Source: an uncultured Dehalococcoidia bacterium
Lineage (GTDB): Bacteria > Chloroflexota > Dehalococcoidia > Lucifugimonadales > JAAXIE01
Assembly (NCBI GenBank): GCA_951813255.1
Contig: OX638353.1
Location: 2,155,472-2,219,471 of the forward strand
Direction: 5' to 3'
Length of the DNA stretch: 64,000 nucleotides
Program-made: the position numbers and the translations under genes
Notes under the pieces: model-generated
Told to the model about the DNA's origin: nothing
Databases searched by the model: none
What the model saw: the letters and a program-made list of their open reading frames with translations, nothing else
Part shown: piece by piece, positions 10,467-21,184 of the stretch
Numbering within the stretch: the first letter of the stretch is position 1
How the letters are laid out: the number at the start of each line of letters is the position of its first letter

Positions 10467-11354
10467 TTGAAATATGCCTTCTATCCTGGTTGCGTCTCCC
10501 GTGGCGGCTGCCCAGAGCTTTATCCGGCCGCGATGCAGGTCTGCCACAGGCTGGGCATTGAACTCGAGGAAATGACCGGCGCATCCTGCACCGGTGCGGG
10601 CGTGCTCCAGGAAAAGAACCAGTTGCTGGGCGACACCCTGAACGCCCGCACCTTTGCCATGGCAGAGAAAATGGGCCTCCCCATCATGACCATCTGCAGC
10701 ACCTGCCAAGGCGTCATGAGCCAAGCCAACAATCGCCTCAAGCGGGACCCCGACCTGCTTGCCAAGGTGAACGGCTACCTAGCAGAGGAAGGGCTCGAAT
10801 ACAAGGGCACCGCCGACCCCAAGCACCTGCTCTGGGTACTACTCGAGGATGTGGGCATCGATAATCTCAAGGAGCACTTCACGTTACCTCTCAAAGAGGT
10901 ACGGCTGGCTCCTTTCTACGGTTGCTACATCATGCGTCCCAGCGAAGCCCTCGATTTCGAGAACCACCCCGAACGCCAGACCTCCCTCGAGACCATCATC
11001 GAAGCCTTGGGCGCCGACTTGGTAGACTTCGAGGGCAAGTCCCGCTGCTGCGGCTTCCCCATCCTGACCATCAACGAGAAAAACTCCGTGGCCATGGTTG
11101 CTAAACACACCTCCACCGTCGCCGATCTCGGAGCCGACGCCATGGTCACTCCCTGCCCCCTTTGCCACCTCAACCTGGACGGTTTCCAACCCAAGGCCCA
11201 AGCACAAGCCCAGCGCAATATCGACATGCCCATCCTCCACCTCCCCCAAGCCATCGGCCTAGCCATGGGCATGGACCCCGCAGACCTGGGCCTCCAGCGC
11301 CACATAGTCGCCCCCATCACCCTGCTGGGCAAACTCGGTCTATCAGTCGGATAG
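10467..11354 (+). CDS. Type-E succinate:quinone oxidoreductase CCG-domain subunit (heterodisulfide-reductase-B-like, SdhE/SdhC-type)
   Basis: TTG start 7 nt after AGGAGG. Two Cys-rich CCG-type domains are present (CSTCQGV...; RCCGFP). It follows sdhB directly, and no membrane-anchor sdhC/D genes are present. Confidence 0.8.
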   Translation: MKYAFYPGCVSRGGCPELYPAAMQVCHRLGIELEEMTGASCTGAGVLQEKNQLLGDTLNARTFAMAEKMGLPIMTICSTCQGVMSQANNRLKRDPDLLAKVNGYLAEEGLEYKGTADPKHLLWVLLEDVGIDNLKEHFTLPLKEVRLAPFYGCYIMRPSEALDFENHPERQTSLETIIEALGADLVDFEGKSRCCGFPILTINEKNSVAMVAKHTSTVADLGADAMVTPCPLCHLNLDGFQPKAQAQAQRNIDMPILHLPQAIGLAMGMDPADLGLQRHIVAPITLLGKLGLSVG

Positions 11355-11396
11355 ACCCCCTGCGAACACCCACTGTTTCCTACGGAGGAGTGTAGA

Positions 11397-12701
11397 TTGG
11401 CGGAACAAGAGGCCGGACACTCCCGCGACCTGCTCTCCCAAGCATGGGACTACCCCTTGGGACAGGCCATCGCCGGGCGTCGCTCACGCCGGTTCGGGTT
11501 GGGCATGGAACTGCCAGGCGGTCCCATGGCCTTCAAGTCCCGGCATGACCCATTCCCTCTCTCTGAGGCCGAACAGACATTACTGATCTGCGCCGCCACC
11601 GGCGTGACTGGCTGGAACTTCGGCATCCCCTACACCACTGGGACTCCTGACACCCACGCCAGCTACGCAATGCGGTTCACAGGTCGCGCTTCTCCCACTG
11701 GCGCCGCCGTTGGCACACCCGAACTGTTCTACACCGACGACCACGGCATCTACATGGTAAAGACCCGCGACCTAGCACCCGAAATCGAGCAGCCAGCCAC
11801 CGAGACAGACGAACTCCAGCAGATGATGCGGCAAGTCAATGGTGCCACAGTCAAGCTGTCGGACACCCGTCTACAAACTCCTCGCCAAGCGCCCCACATC
11901 AGCGAGCACAACCTCTGGAACGCCAACCTGCCCGGCACAACTCTCTTCATGCCCGTCACCGACCTCTCGGAGCACCTTTTCTCCGCCCTCACCATGCGCC
12001 TCATCAGCGGCTACTACGTCTACGACGACATAGCCAAGTGTCCAGCGGGCGACCTTGAACCCTACGTCCGCTCCGGACTTGTCTCCAAGGATAAGCCCGC
12101 TGCCCTCTCGCTGATGGAGCAGAACCTGTACGTCACCGGAATCGGAGCCATCGCCCCAATGGCCCACAACATCACACTGACCATGCAATCCATCGGGCTT
12201 GGAGGGTGGATGTTCACTGGAATCGGTGGCCACTCGGCCATGGGAGCATTCGACGGGCCGGGATTCGAGAGCCTCGGCTTTCGCTATCTCCGCGACGAAC
12301 GATGGAACACGCCCAACCCAGTGGGGCTGGACGGCCACTACGAGGCCGTATGTCCACCCTACTACCCCGACATGCGCGCCGCTGCCAGGGAAATAGCCCG
12401 CCGCAAATTCGGAGAAGGCGGTGCCTACGATCCTGATACCGATGGCCCCTTCGCCGACAACCGTCGCGTGAAAAGCAGCGTCGCCCCTTACTCTGAGGAA
12501 TTCGTCGAATGTCTTGGAGAGATCGCCCAGTACATATATGATACCTACGGAAGGTTCCCCGGGACCGTGCCCACCATGCTCATGGCAATCTACGTGCAGG
12601 CCCAGCACATAGACTTGGAGTTCTACGACGCCCACTACAAAGACGGGGCATATCTGGACACACACCGCCAACATATGGCACGCTGGCACAATCGGGCCTG
12701 A
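11397..12701 (+). CDS. Nitroreductase-fold protein with a long internal insertion (SagB/ThcOx-like); function unknown.
   Basis: N-terminal RRSRRFG motif and C-terminal QSIGLGGWMFTGIG region are typical of the nitroreductase superfamily. GGAGGA lies 7 nt before the TTG start. The gene is 42 nt downstream of the CCG subunit. Confidence 0.5.
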   Translation: MAEQEAGHSRDLLSQAWDYPLGQAIAGRRSRRFGLGMELPGGPMAFKSRHDPFPLSEAEQTLLICAATGVTGWNFGIPYTTGTPDTHASYAMRFTGRASPTGAAVGTPELFYTDDHGIYMVKTRDLAPEIEQPATETDELQQMMRQVNGATVKLSDTRLQTPRQAPHISEHNLWNANLPGTTLFMPVTDLSEHLFSALTMRLISGYYVYDDIAKCPAGDLEPYVRSGLVSKDKPAALSLMEQNLYVTGIGAIAPMAHNITLTMQSIGLGGWMFTGIGGHSAMGAFDGPGFESLGFRYLRDERWNTPNPVGLDGHYEAVCPPYYPDMRAAAREIARRKFGEGGAYDPDTDGPFADNRRVKSSVAPYSEEFVECLGEIAQYIYDTYGRFPGTVPTMLMAIYVQAQHIDLEFYDAHYKDGAYLDTHRQHMARWHNRA

Positions 12702-12731
12702 TCCCCCAAGCCGAGCCAGACAGGAGGAGCG

Positions 12732-13349
12732 ATGACTACCAACGCTAGCTGGACTCTCAAGGGCGAATACTTCGAGAACTGCAACTGTGAGGTTCTCTGT
12801 CCCTGCATCGTTCAGGGAACAGGCATCGACCCCACTGACGGCCACTGCGACGTAGCCTTTGCCTTCCACATCACCGACGGCCAGTTCAACGGCGTGTCCC
12901 TAAACGGCCTGAGCTTTGTGGCTGCCTGTCTCACCCCCGGCCCCATGGAAGCCGGCAACTGGACATCCGCCTTCTACGTCGACGAACGTGCTGATGCCCA
13001 GCAGCGAGAGGCCATGGAGCAGGTCTTGTCAGGCCGCATGGGCAGCCCCGCCGAACGCTGGCTCGCCATGACCACCGACTTCAAGGGCATCAAGTTCGTC
13101 CCCATCGACTTCAAGATCGAGGGCAACACTCGCAGCGTGACCATCCCCAACATCATCTCCTTCAACGTTGCGGGCATCACCAAGCGGAACCAGCCTGACG
13201 ATATGCTGCTGCGAAACACCGGCCACCCCGTCAACACCGACCTCTACCTAGCCAAGGGCACAGCCAGCACCTACACCGACCACGGCATGACTTGGGACAA
13301 CACCAACCGCAATGGCCACTACGCCCCTTTCGACTGGCACTGGCCCTAG
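12732..13349 (+). CDS. DUF1326 family protein
   Basis: Characteristic ENCNCEVLCPCIVQG Cys motif near the N-terminus, ~205 aa. Confidence 0.6.
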   Translation: MTTNASWTLKGEYFENCNCEVLCPCIVQGTGIDPTDGHCDVAFAFHITDGQFNGVSLNGLSFVAACLTPGPMEAGNWTSAFYVDERADAQQREAMEQVLSGRMGSPAERWLAMTTDFKGIKFVPIDFKIEGNTRSVTIPNIISFNVAGITKRNQPDDMLLRNTGHPVNTDLYLAKGTASTYTDHGMTWDNTNRNGHYAPFDWHWP

Positions 13350-13395
13350 TCGCAGGGTTCTCTCTGCCATATCAGCAGGATAAAGCGCAAAAAGT

Positions 13396-13435
13396 GAGTC
13401 GCCGGTTCAGGGATACCCTCCTGAACCGGCGACTC
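13396..13435. terminator. Bidirectional hairpin terminator between convergent genes. 16-bp perfect stem. A U-tract (ACUUUUUGC) follows on the minus-strand transcript.
   Basis: GAGTCGCCGGTTCAGG-gataccct-CCTGAACCGGCGACTC. AAAAAG lies immediately 5' on the plus strand. Confidence 0.65.
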
Positions 13436-13487
13436 CTGTCTCCAACGCATCTACTAAATGGCAGGGCCTGCTGCGGCTGTCTATCCC

Positions 13488-14786
13488 CTAAGTTCGGATC
13501 TCACTGATCGACTGCCCGAACGCCTCAATCGTGCGGTCCACGTCCTCGTCCGTATGCGCCAGCGAGATGTAAAACTTGCTGGGCCAGCCCTTGAGAACGC
13601 CACGGTTCAACAGTCCCACATTGAACTGCTCCGTGATCCCTCGGTCATTCGCCAGCGTCGACCGGTAGTCCGACACAGGCTGGTCCATAAACAGTATGTC
13701 GAAAGTGGGGTCCTCACCCGTAGTCAGTGCCGGTAACTCCGCCTCGCTGCAAAGGGTCTCCAACGCCTCCCGCAATCGGCGTCCAGTCCCATGCAGCCTC
13801 TCATAGGCCCCAGGCTTCCGCAACTCCGCTAGAGTCGCCAGCCCGGCCGCAGCAGCAACATGGTTCCCATTCAGCGTTCCCACCTGGCTCACGAACTCAT
13901 CCGGCTCAGCCCGGCTCGAGTCGTATACAGCCATGATTTCATCCCGTCCAGTAACGGCCGCCAGCGGAAAGCCACCACCCACTATCTTGCCCACCGTAGC
14001 CATGTCCGGCGTCACACCATAGAACTCTTGGGCACCGCCATAAGCAAGCCGGAAGCCTGTCACCACCTCGTCAAAAATCAGCGGTATCTGGTAGTGCGCC
14101 GTGATATCTCGAATAGCCTGCAGGAAGCCCGGCTTCGGTGCTAGCACCCGCTGCATCGGCTCCATGATCACGCAGGCCAGCTCGTCGTGGTTCTGCTCAA
14201 TGATCTGGGTAGCAGTCTCGGCATCGTTGAAAGGCGCAATCAGCACCAAGTCCTCAATCGCCTTGGGTATGCCCGCACTGTTGGGCACAGGATGCGGGAA
14301 GTTCCCCCCGCGCTCTCCCGGCGTCACGCTCATCAACGCATAATCGTTGCTGCCGTGGAACCCGCCCTCGAATTTCAGGATCTTGTCCCGCTTGCGGTAC
14401 GCCCGCGCCACCCGCATGGCTTGGAACGTGGCATCAGTACCCGATGTGGTGAAGCGGACCTTCTCAGCGCAGGGCATTGCCTCCACGATCTGCTCCGCCA
14501 GCAGCACGGCACGGTCGTTGGTTGCAAAGAAGGTGCTGCCACCCTGCACCGCTTCCGTCACAGCCTCCACCACCGCAGGGTGTGAGTGACCCAGCACCAT
14601 GGGCCCTGACCCCAGCAGGTAGTCGATGTACTCCTTACCGCTGACGTCCCACACATGGGAGCCGACGCCCCGCTGCAGAAGGAATTGTCGCTCAGGCTCA
14701 TGCTGTACGTTTCCGTTGTTCCCGCCCGGCAGGTAACGTCGGGCCTTTTCCAGTAGTTCCAGTTCTTGCGCGGAACGATTTGCCAT
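13488..14786 (-). CDS. Class-III (aspartate aminotransferase family) aminotransferase, glutamate-1-semialdehyde aminomutase-like
   Basis: N-terminal LEKARRYLPGGNNGNV resembles the HemL-type PGGVNSPVR motif. 432 aa. A PLP-enzyme fold is inferred. Confidence 0.7.
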   Translation of the reverse strand: MANRSAQELELLEKARRYLPGGNNGNVQHEPERQFLLQRGVGSHVWDVSGKEYIDYLLGSGPMVLGHSHPAVVEAVTEAVQGGSTFFATNDRAVLLAEQIVEAMPCAEKVRFTTSGTDATFQAMRVARAYRKRDKILKFEGGFHGSNDYALMSVTPGERGGNFPHPVPNSAGIPKAIEDLVLIAPFNDAETATQIIEQNHDELACVIMEPMQRVLAPKPGFLQAIRDITAHYQIPLIFDEVVTGFRLAYGGAQEFYGVTPDMATVGKIVGGGFPLAAVTGRDEIMAVYDSSRAEPDEFVSQVGTLNGNHVAAAAGLATLAELRKPGAYERLHGTGRRLREALETLCSEAELPALTTGEDPTFDILFMDQPVSDYRSTLANDRGITEQFNVGLLNRGVLKGWPSKFYISLAHTDEDVDRTIEAFGQSISEIRT

Positions 14787-14817
14787 TGAGCGACCTTTCC
14801 TCCTATCGTAAATTCAG

Positions 14818-15768
<951 letters not shown>

Positions 15769-15857
15769 CTAGCCCGGACGATTTACCTTTGCGACTGTGG
15801 TCGCCCGGGTCAAACTCCTGTCCCCCAATGGAGGAACGTTAGGCGGGGATTTACGTA

Positions 15858-17060
15858 CTAGCTATTGACGTAGGCTTCCCAGCGGGAGTCGAGACTGGAG
15901 TCATTGACGGTGGCTACCACATAGTCCCCGAACTCCTGCCCCGTCGCTCCATTGGAACGCCCGGTCATCACAACACTGCGCTCATACTGACCGCAGACAT
16001 CCAGAGCCCGGTTCAGCTTGCCACCCAACTCCGTGTACCCCAAGTGGTCCAGCATCATCGCCCCGGCGCGCATCATGGAACTCGGGTCGGCATACTGGGC
16101 GCGTCCCTCGCGCACCATCCGGGGCGCGCTGCCATGAATCGCCTCGAACATCGAGTACTGCTTGCCCACGTTCGCGCTTCCAGCCGTGCCCACACCGCCC
16201 TGGATCTGGGCAGCCTCATCGGTCAGGATGTCGCCATACAAGTTGGGTAGCGCAAGCACCTGGAAGTCCTTCTGACGGGCCGGATTGATCAGAGCAGCCG
16301 TCATTAGGTCGATGTACCAGCCCTCCCAGGATATCCCAGGGTAGTTCTCCGACACCTCGCGGGCGATGTCTAGGAACTTGCCGTCCGTCGTCTTCACCAC
16401 ATTGGCCTTGGTCACGATGGTCACATGGTCCTTGCCAGTCCGTTTGGCATGGGCGAAAGCCGCGTCGATAATCCGGCGCGAACCTTGGGTAGTAATCACT
16501 CGGAAGTCTATCGCCAAGTCGTCGGTGACATTCAGGCCCTGGCTCCCCACGGCGTACATGTCTTCCGTGTTCTCACGGAAGAACGTCCAGTCGATGCCCT
16601 GGGCTGGCACACGCACCGGGCGCACATTCGCGAATAGGTCGAGATGCTTACGCATGCTCACGTTCGCGCTCTCGATGTTGGGCCAGCCGTCACCCTGCTC
16701 CGGGGTATGCGTGGGGCCCTTCATCGTGACATGACAGGCCCGGATCTCCTCCAGCACATCGAGTGGTATGGACTGTAGCTGGGCAGCCCGGTTCTCGATG
16801 GTCAGTCCCTCAATGGTGCGGAACTGCACCTTGCCCGCCGCCACCTCGTCGGCCAGCAACTGCTCCAGCACACGTTGGGCGTCGGCGGCGATATAAGGGC
16901 CGATCCCGTCGCCACCGAGGTTTCCGATGATGATGGGAGATATATTGGAGTAGTCCATCCAAGGGCCTTCCCGCTTCATGGCCTCGACACGCGCAAGCTG
17001 CTGTTCCAGCACTGTGCCGAAGTGTTCTTTTGCCGCATTAATGTCTTGGGCTTGTGCCAA
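15858..17060 (-). CDS. icd: Isocitrate dehydrogenase (NADP-dependent, Icd-type)
   Basis: NLYGDILTDEAAQIQGGVGTAGSANVG and FEAIHGSAPRM are close to E. coli Icd motifs. 400 aa. Confidence 0.8.
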   Translation of the reverse strand: MAQAQDINAAKEHFGTVLEQQLARVEAMKREGPWMDYSNISPIIIGNLGGDGIGPYIAADAQRVLEQLLADEVAAGKVQFRTIEGLTIENRAAQLQSIPLDVLEEIRACHVTMKGPTHTPEQGDGWPNIESANVSMRKHLDLFANVRPVRVPAQGIDWTFFRENTEDMYAVGSQGLNVTDDLAIDFRVITTQGSRRIIDAAFAHAKRTGKDHVTIVTKANVVKTTDGKFLDIAREVSENYPGISWEGWYIDLMTAALINPARQKDFQVLALPNLYGDILTDEAAQIQGGVGTAGSANVGKQYSMFEAIHGSAPRMVREGRAQYADPSSMMRAGAMMLDHLGYTELGGKLNRALDVCGQYERSVVMTGRSNGATGQEFGDYVVATVNDSSLDSRWEAYVNS

Positions 17061-17294
17061 GGGTGGCTCCTTTCATACACGCGTACCCCGTCCCAGTGTT
17101 CGCAATTCCGGGACGGCGCGAATTTGTAGGCAATTATACCTGTGCGTAGCACGCCGGTATAGGGCCGCCTCACGAGCGCCGGTTAGACGCTCAGGTTTGA
17201 CACTGCCACTGGCACCGCATAGCATGCGTCTGCGAGAAGAAGCACTCACATAAGCTAATTTCTGGCATCCAACGATGCCTATGAGGAGGACGAC

Positions 17295-17813
17295 GTGCCC
17301 GAGGAGAGGACGGGAATTGTCACCATGGGGGGAAACCCGGTCACCCTGGTTGGACCTGAAATCAAGGCAGGCGGCCAAGCTCCAAGCTTCACAGCCATCG
17401 GGAAAGACATGGCCCCCGTAAATCTGAGCGATTCCAATGGCAAAGTGCGGGTAGTTGCATCGGTGCCCTCGTTGGACACCGGAGTATGCGCCGAAGAGAC
17501 CATTCGCCTGAACCGTCTTGCGTCTGAACACCCTGACAACGTGGAAGTCGTCACGGTCAGCATGGACCTCCCCTTTGCCATGGGGCGGTTCTGCGGAGCT
17601 AACGACATCAACAACGCAAAGACACTATCCGACCATCGCACCGCCTCTTTCGGCGAGGCCTACGGCGTGCTGATGAAGGAGAACCGCCTGTTGTGCCGGG
17701 CTGTCTTCGTGTTGGACGGCAATGGAGCCGTTACACACGCCCAGTACGTCTCCGAAATCAGGGACCACCCCGACTACGATGCAGTGACGGCAGCGGTACA
17801 GGGACTGCTCTAG
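17295..17813 (+). CDS. tpx: Thiol peroxidase (atypical 2-Cys peroxiredoxin Tpx)
   Basis: GNPVTLVG, SLDTGVCA, DLPFAMGRFCGA and HPDYDAVTAAV match Tpx. GTG start after AGGAGGA; an internal ATG at 17325 is an alternative start. Confidence 0.85.
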   Translation: MPEERTGIVTMGGNPVTLVGPEIKAGGQAPSFTAIGKDMAPVNLSDSNGKVRVVASVPSLDTGVCAEETIRLNRLASEHPDNVEVVTVSMDLPFAMGRFCGANDINNAKTLSDHRTASFGEAYGVLMKENRLLCRAVFVLDGNGAVTHAQYVSEIRDHPDYDAVTAAVQGLL

Positions 17814-17823
17814 GCCTGGTCTA

Positions 17824-19866
17824 CTACTGGTCCAGCTGCGCTACCAGGTCTGCGGGCGCAGTCACCGGCAACTGGCACGTGTAGTTCTGGCAGACGTATG
17901 CCGTGGGACGGCCGTCTATGAGGCCCCGGCCCTCCAGAAGAGGGATGCCGGGGCCTTCGTCCGTTCCGTCGCCTCCGGCAATCACCTTGTTGGGGCGGTA
18001 GCCTCCGTGTACGGTCTCCAGCAACTCCCGCGTGCCGGGGTCGCTCGGCGGCCCTATCACCACAACTTCTTTCACCGGACTCACATAGAAGTCGAGGGCT
18101 GACAGCCAGTTGCCCATCCCCATGGGATGCTCCGCCACGATATTCTGCACACCCCTAAGGGTGGTAGCGGCCTTCTCCTCATAACTGGAATCCCCGGTGA
18201 AGACCGACAAACGCTGCAGCAGTAACGCCGCCATCGAGCCTCCACAGGGTATAGCGTTGTCGAACAACTCCCGTGGACGCACCACCAACTGCTCCGCATC
18301 CTTGCCCGTCTCATAGAAGAACCCCAAGTCCTCATCCCAGAACAACTCAATCATCTCATCGGCCAAGGCCCGGGCTTCGTCAATCCACCGCGGGTCGAAT
18401 GTCAACTCGTACACACACAGCAGCCCCTCTCCAACAAAGGCATAGTCCTCCAAGTAGCCCAGCACCCGGGCCTGTCCGTCCTTGTAGCTGCGCAACATAC
18501 GCCCATCCGGGCGCATCTCCCTCAGCAGGAAGGAGGCGTTTTCAACAGCGACGCGCTTGTAGTCGTCACGGTCCAGCACGGCCGCCGCCTCTGCAAACGC
18601 CTGCAGCATGAGCCCGTTCCACCCGGTCAGAATCTTGTCGTCCCGCGCAGGGTGAATCCTCTTTTCCCGTGCCTCCAGCAGCTTCCCTCTCGCACCATGT
18701 AATGTTTCCCCAAGCTGCTCCGCATCCATACCCACTGCATCCGCGAACTCGTCCATATCATTCGGTAGGTGCAGGATGTTGCTACCCTCGAAGTTGCCCA
18801 ACTGACTGGCCCCGAAATACGCCCCCACCAGTTCCCCCTCTTCCGTTCCCAACACCTCCGCCAACTCCTCCGGGGTCCAGATGAAGAACTTGCCCTCCTC
18901 CCCCTCACTGTCCGCATCCTGACTGGAGTAAAACCCGCCAGTAGGATCCGTCATCTCCCGGACAACGTAATCGAGGATGTCAGTAGCGATATGCCGGTAC
19001 ATGGCATCCCCGGTCGCTTGGAAGGCATGGAGATACAAGCGTACCAGCAGCGCATTGTCATACAGCATCTTCTCGAAGTGGGGCACCAGCCAAGACCGGT
19101 CAGTCGAGTACCGGTGGAACCCGCCACCCACTTGATCATATATCCCACCACGGGCCATGGCCTGCAATGTCGCCTCTGCCATCTCCAGCGCCCGCGGGTT
19201 GTTGGACATGTGGTAGTACCTGAGCAGGAACTCGTAAGCCATGGGCTGCGGGAACTTCGGCGCGTTACCGAATCCTCCAAGCTCGTGGTCGAAAGCTGGG
19301 GCCAACGCTTGGAAGGCCCGGTGCATGGTGTCATTAATCAGTGGCTCCAGTGAACGGGGAAGCCGGGCCGACTGCCCCAAGTGCCCCATTAGCTGGTTGA
19401 TGGATTGTAGGACTTCACCACGACGCGTCCGGTAGGCATCAGAAATGGCCGACACCAGCCGCGGGAATCCAGGCATGTTGCCCCGGTCCGTGGGAGGGAA
19501 ATATGTCCCCCCATAGAACGGCCGTCCGTCCGGCGTCAAAAACACCGTCATCGGCCAGCCCCCGCTGCCAGTCAGCGTATGCACCGCCTCCATGTACACC
19601 GCATCAAGGTCGGGCCTCTCCTCCCGGTCCACCTTGATGTTCACAAAGTGCTCGTTCATCAACGCGGCGATCTCTTCATTCTCGAACGACTCCCGCTCCA
19701 TCACATGGCACCAGTGACAAGCCGAGTAGCCGATACTGAGGAGAATAGGCTTGTCCCCCTCTTGCGCCCGAGCCAACGCCTCCTCGCCCCACGGGTACCA
19801 GTCCACCGGGTTGTTCGCATGCTGGAGCAGGTAGGGGCTCGTCTCATCGATCAGCCGGTTGGGCAT
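17824..19866 (-). CDS. Thioredoxin-domain protein of the DUF255/YyaL family, with a C-terminal six-hairpin glycosidase-like domain
   Basis: N-terminus [21 protein letters not shown]...[13 protein letters not shown] is the DUF255 thioredoxin-like signature. 680 aa. Confidence 0.8.
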   Translation of the reverse strand: MPNRLIDETSPYLLQHANNPVDWYPWGEEALARAQEGDKPILLSIGYSACHWCHVMERESFENEEIAALMNEHFVNIKVDREERPDLDAVYMEAVHTLTGSGGWPMTVFLTPDGRPFYGGTYFPPTDRGNMPGFPRLVSAISDAYRTRRGEVLQSINQLMGHLGQSARLPRSLEPLINDTMHRAFQALAPAFDHELGGFGNAPKFPQPMAYEFLLRYYHMSNNPRALEMAEATLQAMARGGIYDQVGGGFHRYSTDRSWLVPHFEKMLYDNALLVRLYLHAFQATGDAMYRHIATDILDYVVREMTDPTGGFYSSQDADSEGEEGKFFIWTPEELAEVLGTEEGELVGAYFGASQLGNFEGSNILHLPNDMDEFADAVGMDAEQLGETLHGARGKLLEAREKRIHPARDDKILTGWNGLMLQAFAEAAAVLDRDDYKRVAVENASFLLREMRPDGRMLRSYKDGQARVLGYLEDYAFVGEGLLCVYELTFDPRWIDEARALADEMIELFWDEDLGFFYETGKDAEQLVVRPRELFDNAIPCGGSMAALLLQRLSVFTGDSSYEEKAATTLRGVQNIVAEHPMGMGNWLSALDFYVSPVKEVVVIGPPSDPGTRELLETVHGGYRPNKVIAGGDGTDEGPGIPLLEGRGLIDGRPTAYVCQNYTCQLPVTAPADLVAQLDQ

Positions 19867-20005
19867 GACTCGTCACCTTACAGTCCGAAAATGGGAATAG
19901 ACCGGGGTTCACGGGGCCAGCCCATGCTAACATCAAGCAGCACGACACGACTACCTAGCGACTCCCACCCGCTCTGTTTATACTATGTGACATAGCAGCA
20001 ACACC

Positions 20006-21019
20006 ATGAATTACCGCACCCTACCTAGGACAGACTTGACCCTCTCCGAAGTCGGCTTCGGCGTGTGGACAGTGTCCACCCCAGGCTGGGGTACCTCTCA
20101 CGTCGAAGACCAGCACCTCCTGCTACGTACCGCCTTCGAGTTGGGCGTCACCTTCTTCAACACCGCCGACCTCTACGGCGAGGGCTACGGCGAAGAAGTC
20201 CTCGCAGCAGCCCTCCCCAAGGAGCGCCACGACATCATCATCGCCACCAAGGGCGGCTACGACTTCTACGACAAGCTCGACCCCCTCCCCGGTCCATGGC
20301 CACGCCAGAAATTCCAGCCCCATTTCATTCGTGACGCCTGCGAGCAGAGCCTGCGGCGTCTGGGGACCGACTACATTGACCTTTATCAGCTCCATTACCC
20401 CGACATGTGGGCCCTGGAAGATGAGGAGCTGTTCGGCACCTTGGAAGAGTTGGTCAAGGAGGGGAAGATACGCTACTTCGGCGTGGCCCTTGGCCCCTCC
20501 CTCAATGTAGAGGGAGGCAGACTGGAGGAGGCCCACACCGCTATCTGCGAGCGGCGGGCTTACTCGCTGGAGATACCATACAGCATCCTGGAGCAGCAGC
20601 CAGGGCTACAGGTGTTCCCCATAGCCGCCGATATGGAAGCAGGCATCCTCGTGCGGGAACCCCACGCCCACCAGGTACTCACCGGCAAGCTGGCTGTAGC
20701 AATATCCACATCCACGGAGCAACCGGGCTGGAGCCCGCACGAAACCCAGATGGCCCTCGCCCTGAAGCATGCGCAAGAGCTGCAGTTCCTGGCCGAGGAC
20801 ACAGGCCGCACGCTGGGTCAGAGTTCATTGCGTTTTTGCTTGGCCCAACCGGCCACCGTCTCTGTGCTGCCCAATATCACCCGGTTGGATGAATTGGCCG
20901 AGTACGTGGCAGCCCCCGACACCGCCGCCCTCTACCCTGAAGAAGACGAACGCCTCCAAGAGCTCTGGGAGGAGCTCTTCTGTCCCGAACAATACCGCCC
21001 CCGCGAGGAGGAATGCTGA
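20006..21019 (+). CDS. Aldo/keto reductase
   Basis: AKR-fold N-terminus and overall length (337 aa); [16 protein letters not shown] motif. Confidence 0.75.
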   Translation: MNYRTLPRTDLTLSEVGFGVWTVSTPGWGTSHVEDQHLLLRTAFELGVTFFNTADLYGEGYGEEVLAAALPKERHDIIIATKGGYDFYDKLDPLPGPWPRQKFQPHFIRDACEQSLRRLGTDYIDLYQLHYPDMWALEDEELFGTLEELVKEGKIRYFGVALGPSLNVEGGRLEEAHTAICERRAYSLEIPYSILEQQPGLQVFPIAADMEAGILVREPHAHQVLTGKLAVAISTSTEQPGWSPHETQMALALKHAQELQFLAEDTGRTLGQSSLRFCLAQPATVSVLPNITRLDELAEYVAAPDTAALYPEEDERLQELWEELFCPEQYRPREEEC

Positions 21020-21184
21020 GCGCCTCCGTTTATCTGCCCAGCATTTCTCCCGCAAGGCGACAGCCTTGTCGTCGCCAGCCATCCTACGGTTGCCCTATAC
21101 TCCCTTTGCCTGTCATGACAAACAGCCGCGCGCATCGGCACACCCTGCCCGCGTAACCAGCCTAGGCAAGAAAGGCGGACCAGC

